Below, piece by piece: positions 63,101 to 64,000 of a stretch of 64,000 bases of DNA (the stretch's first letter is position 1; each line of letters begins with the position of its first letter). The stretch is from Phoronis australis (lineage: Eukaryota; Animalia; Phoronida). The notes below the pieces were generated by a model, which did not search any database, was not told the origin of the DNA, and was given only the letters and a program-made list of their open reading frames with translations. The translations under genes and the position numbers were made by a program. The stretch is taken from contig NMRA01000480.1 in NCBI GenBank assembly GCA_002633005.1, forward strand, positions 254,172 through 318,171. The letters run 5' to 3'.

Positions 63101-64000
63101 GTCACAAGGAAAATCAAAAACACTGCCGTCGCCAAAACAATTGGTATTGTTACGCGTTTGAAGTGGACAAGGTGGTGTTGTTCCTTGGTACCTGCAACGT
63201 CACAACATGAATCACTAGCTGTGGACTAGGAGAACAGGTCATTAAAGTCATTATCTCTAAGTGCAATCTAATTCAAAAACTTAAAAATATATACCAAATT
63301 AAGTAATATGTCACAATAATGTTCACATCCTTCCTGTTACCAAACTAAAAGCCTGTTTGAGCACAACTTTGTACACCGGCCGAGATCGGAAAATCGTCGA
63401 CTATTCCAGTCTATTTCCGTGACCTAAGTTCCTATGCAACAGTCCAGGAATGATTCCTGAATCACGACCATGTTGTCCTTGAAACTTATTGACATCACCG
63501 TGGGCGCAAATGCGTTGTTACTTTGTTTCCTTGTTTTTGATTCTCATTCTTTTTATACAAACTTGTTTATTTATTGTCCAAATTTTACCTGTTCTTTGCA
63601 TATGACGAATGGTATTTAATGCATAATCTTAAATTTGTGAAGTACGTCGCATCTCCCGCAGCCAACGCTCGGCTTCTGAAGTCAGCCCAGACTCATCGTG
63701 ATGTTACGTCAAATTTCAGCAAAAGTACCCATTTAGGTAATAAATTAGAGAAAAAACTTTCTAGACCAGCAAATGCATTATGTTTATCGCCATATCCCGA
63801 ACTGATGCAAAGTACCTGCCTCGAGTGAGTAATTGCCGTGTGACTACCCGGCTGTGTGAGCCGATCGCAGTACGTAATTAGCAGCAAATAGGCACCGGCT
63901 TTACTGGCCGTTAAAATGTAAAATAAAAAAAAAACATCCACACACGGTGATGTTTCAACAACCAAAAACAAGTTTTATCTCAAAACAATGAGCTCCAATA

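Overview
Gene-sparse, AT-rich animal genomic DNA, probably from a lophotrochozoan marine invertebrate (inferred from the receptor sequence and transposon families). The only host gene I can support is a minus-strand nicotinic acetylcholine receptor (Cys-loop) alpha-like subunit. I traced four coding exons with canonical GT-AG boundaries (34008-33796, 13459-13415, 7618-7509, 83-<1) across introns of about 20.3, 5.8 and 7.4 kb; the ORF track shows only the first of these. It reads WDPLV where the family has W-x-P-P-A, which places Leu at the position equivalent to human epsilon-P121. The rest of the window is transposon debris: four copies of a TTAA-targeting Kolobok-type element (one nested, inverted, inside another), a three-level nest of a Helentron-like repeat, an ISL2EU-like THAP element and an unclassified insert, a Gmr1-type Gypsy, a GalEa-like Copia, LINE fragments, a Penelope-like hairpin, MITEs, many minisatellites, and a 727-N gap. 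No prokaryotic features, rRNA, tRNA or CRISPR array were found. I cannot claim a wholly new system; the best leads are the divergent receptor and the transposon architectures.
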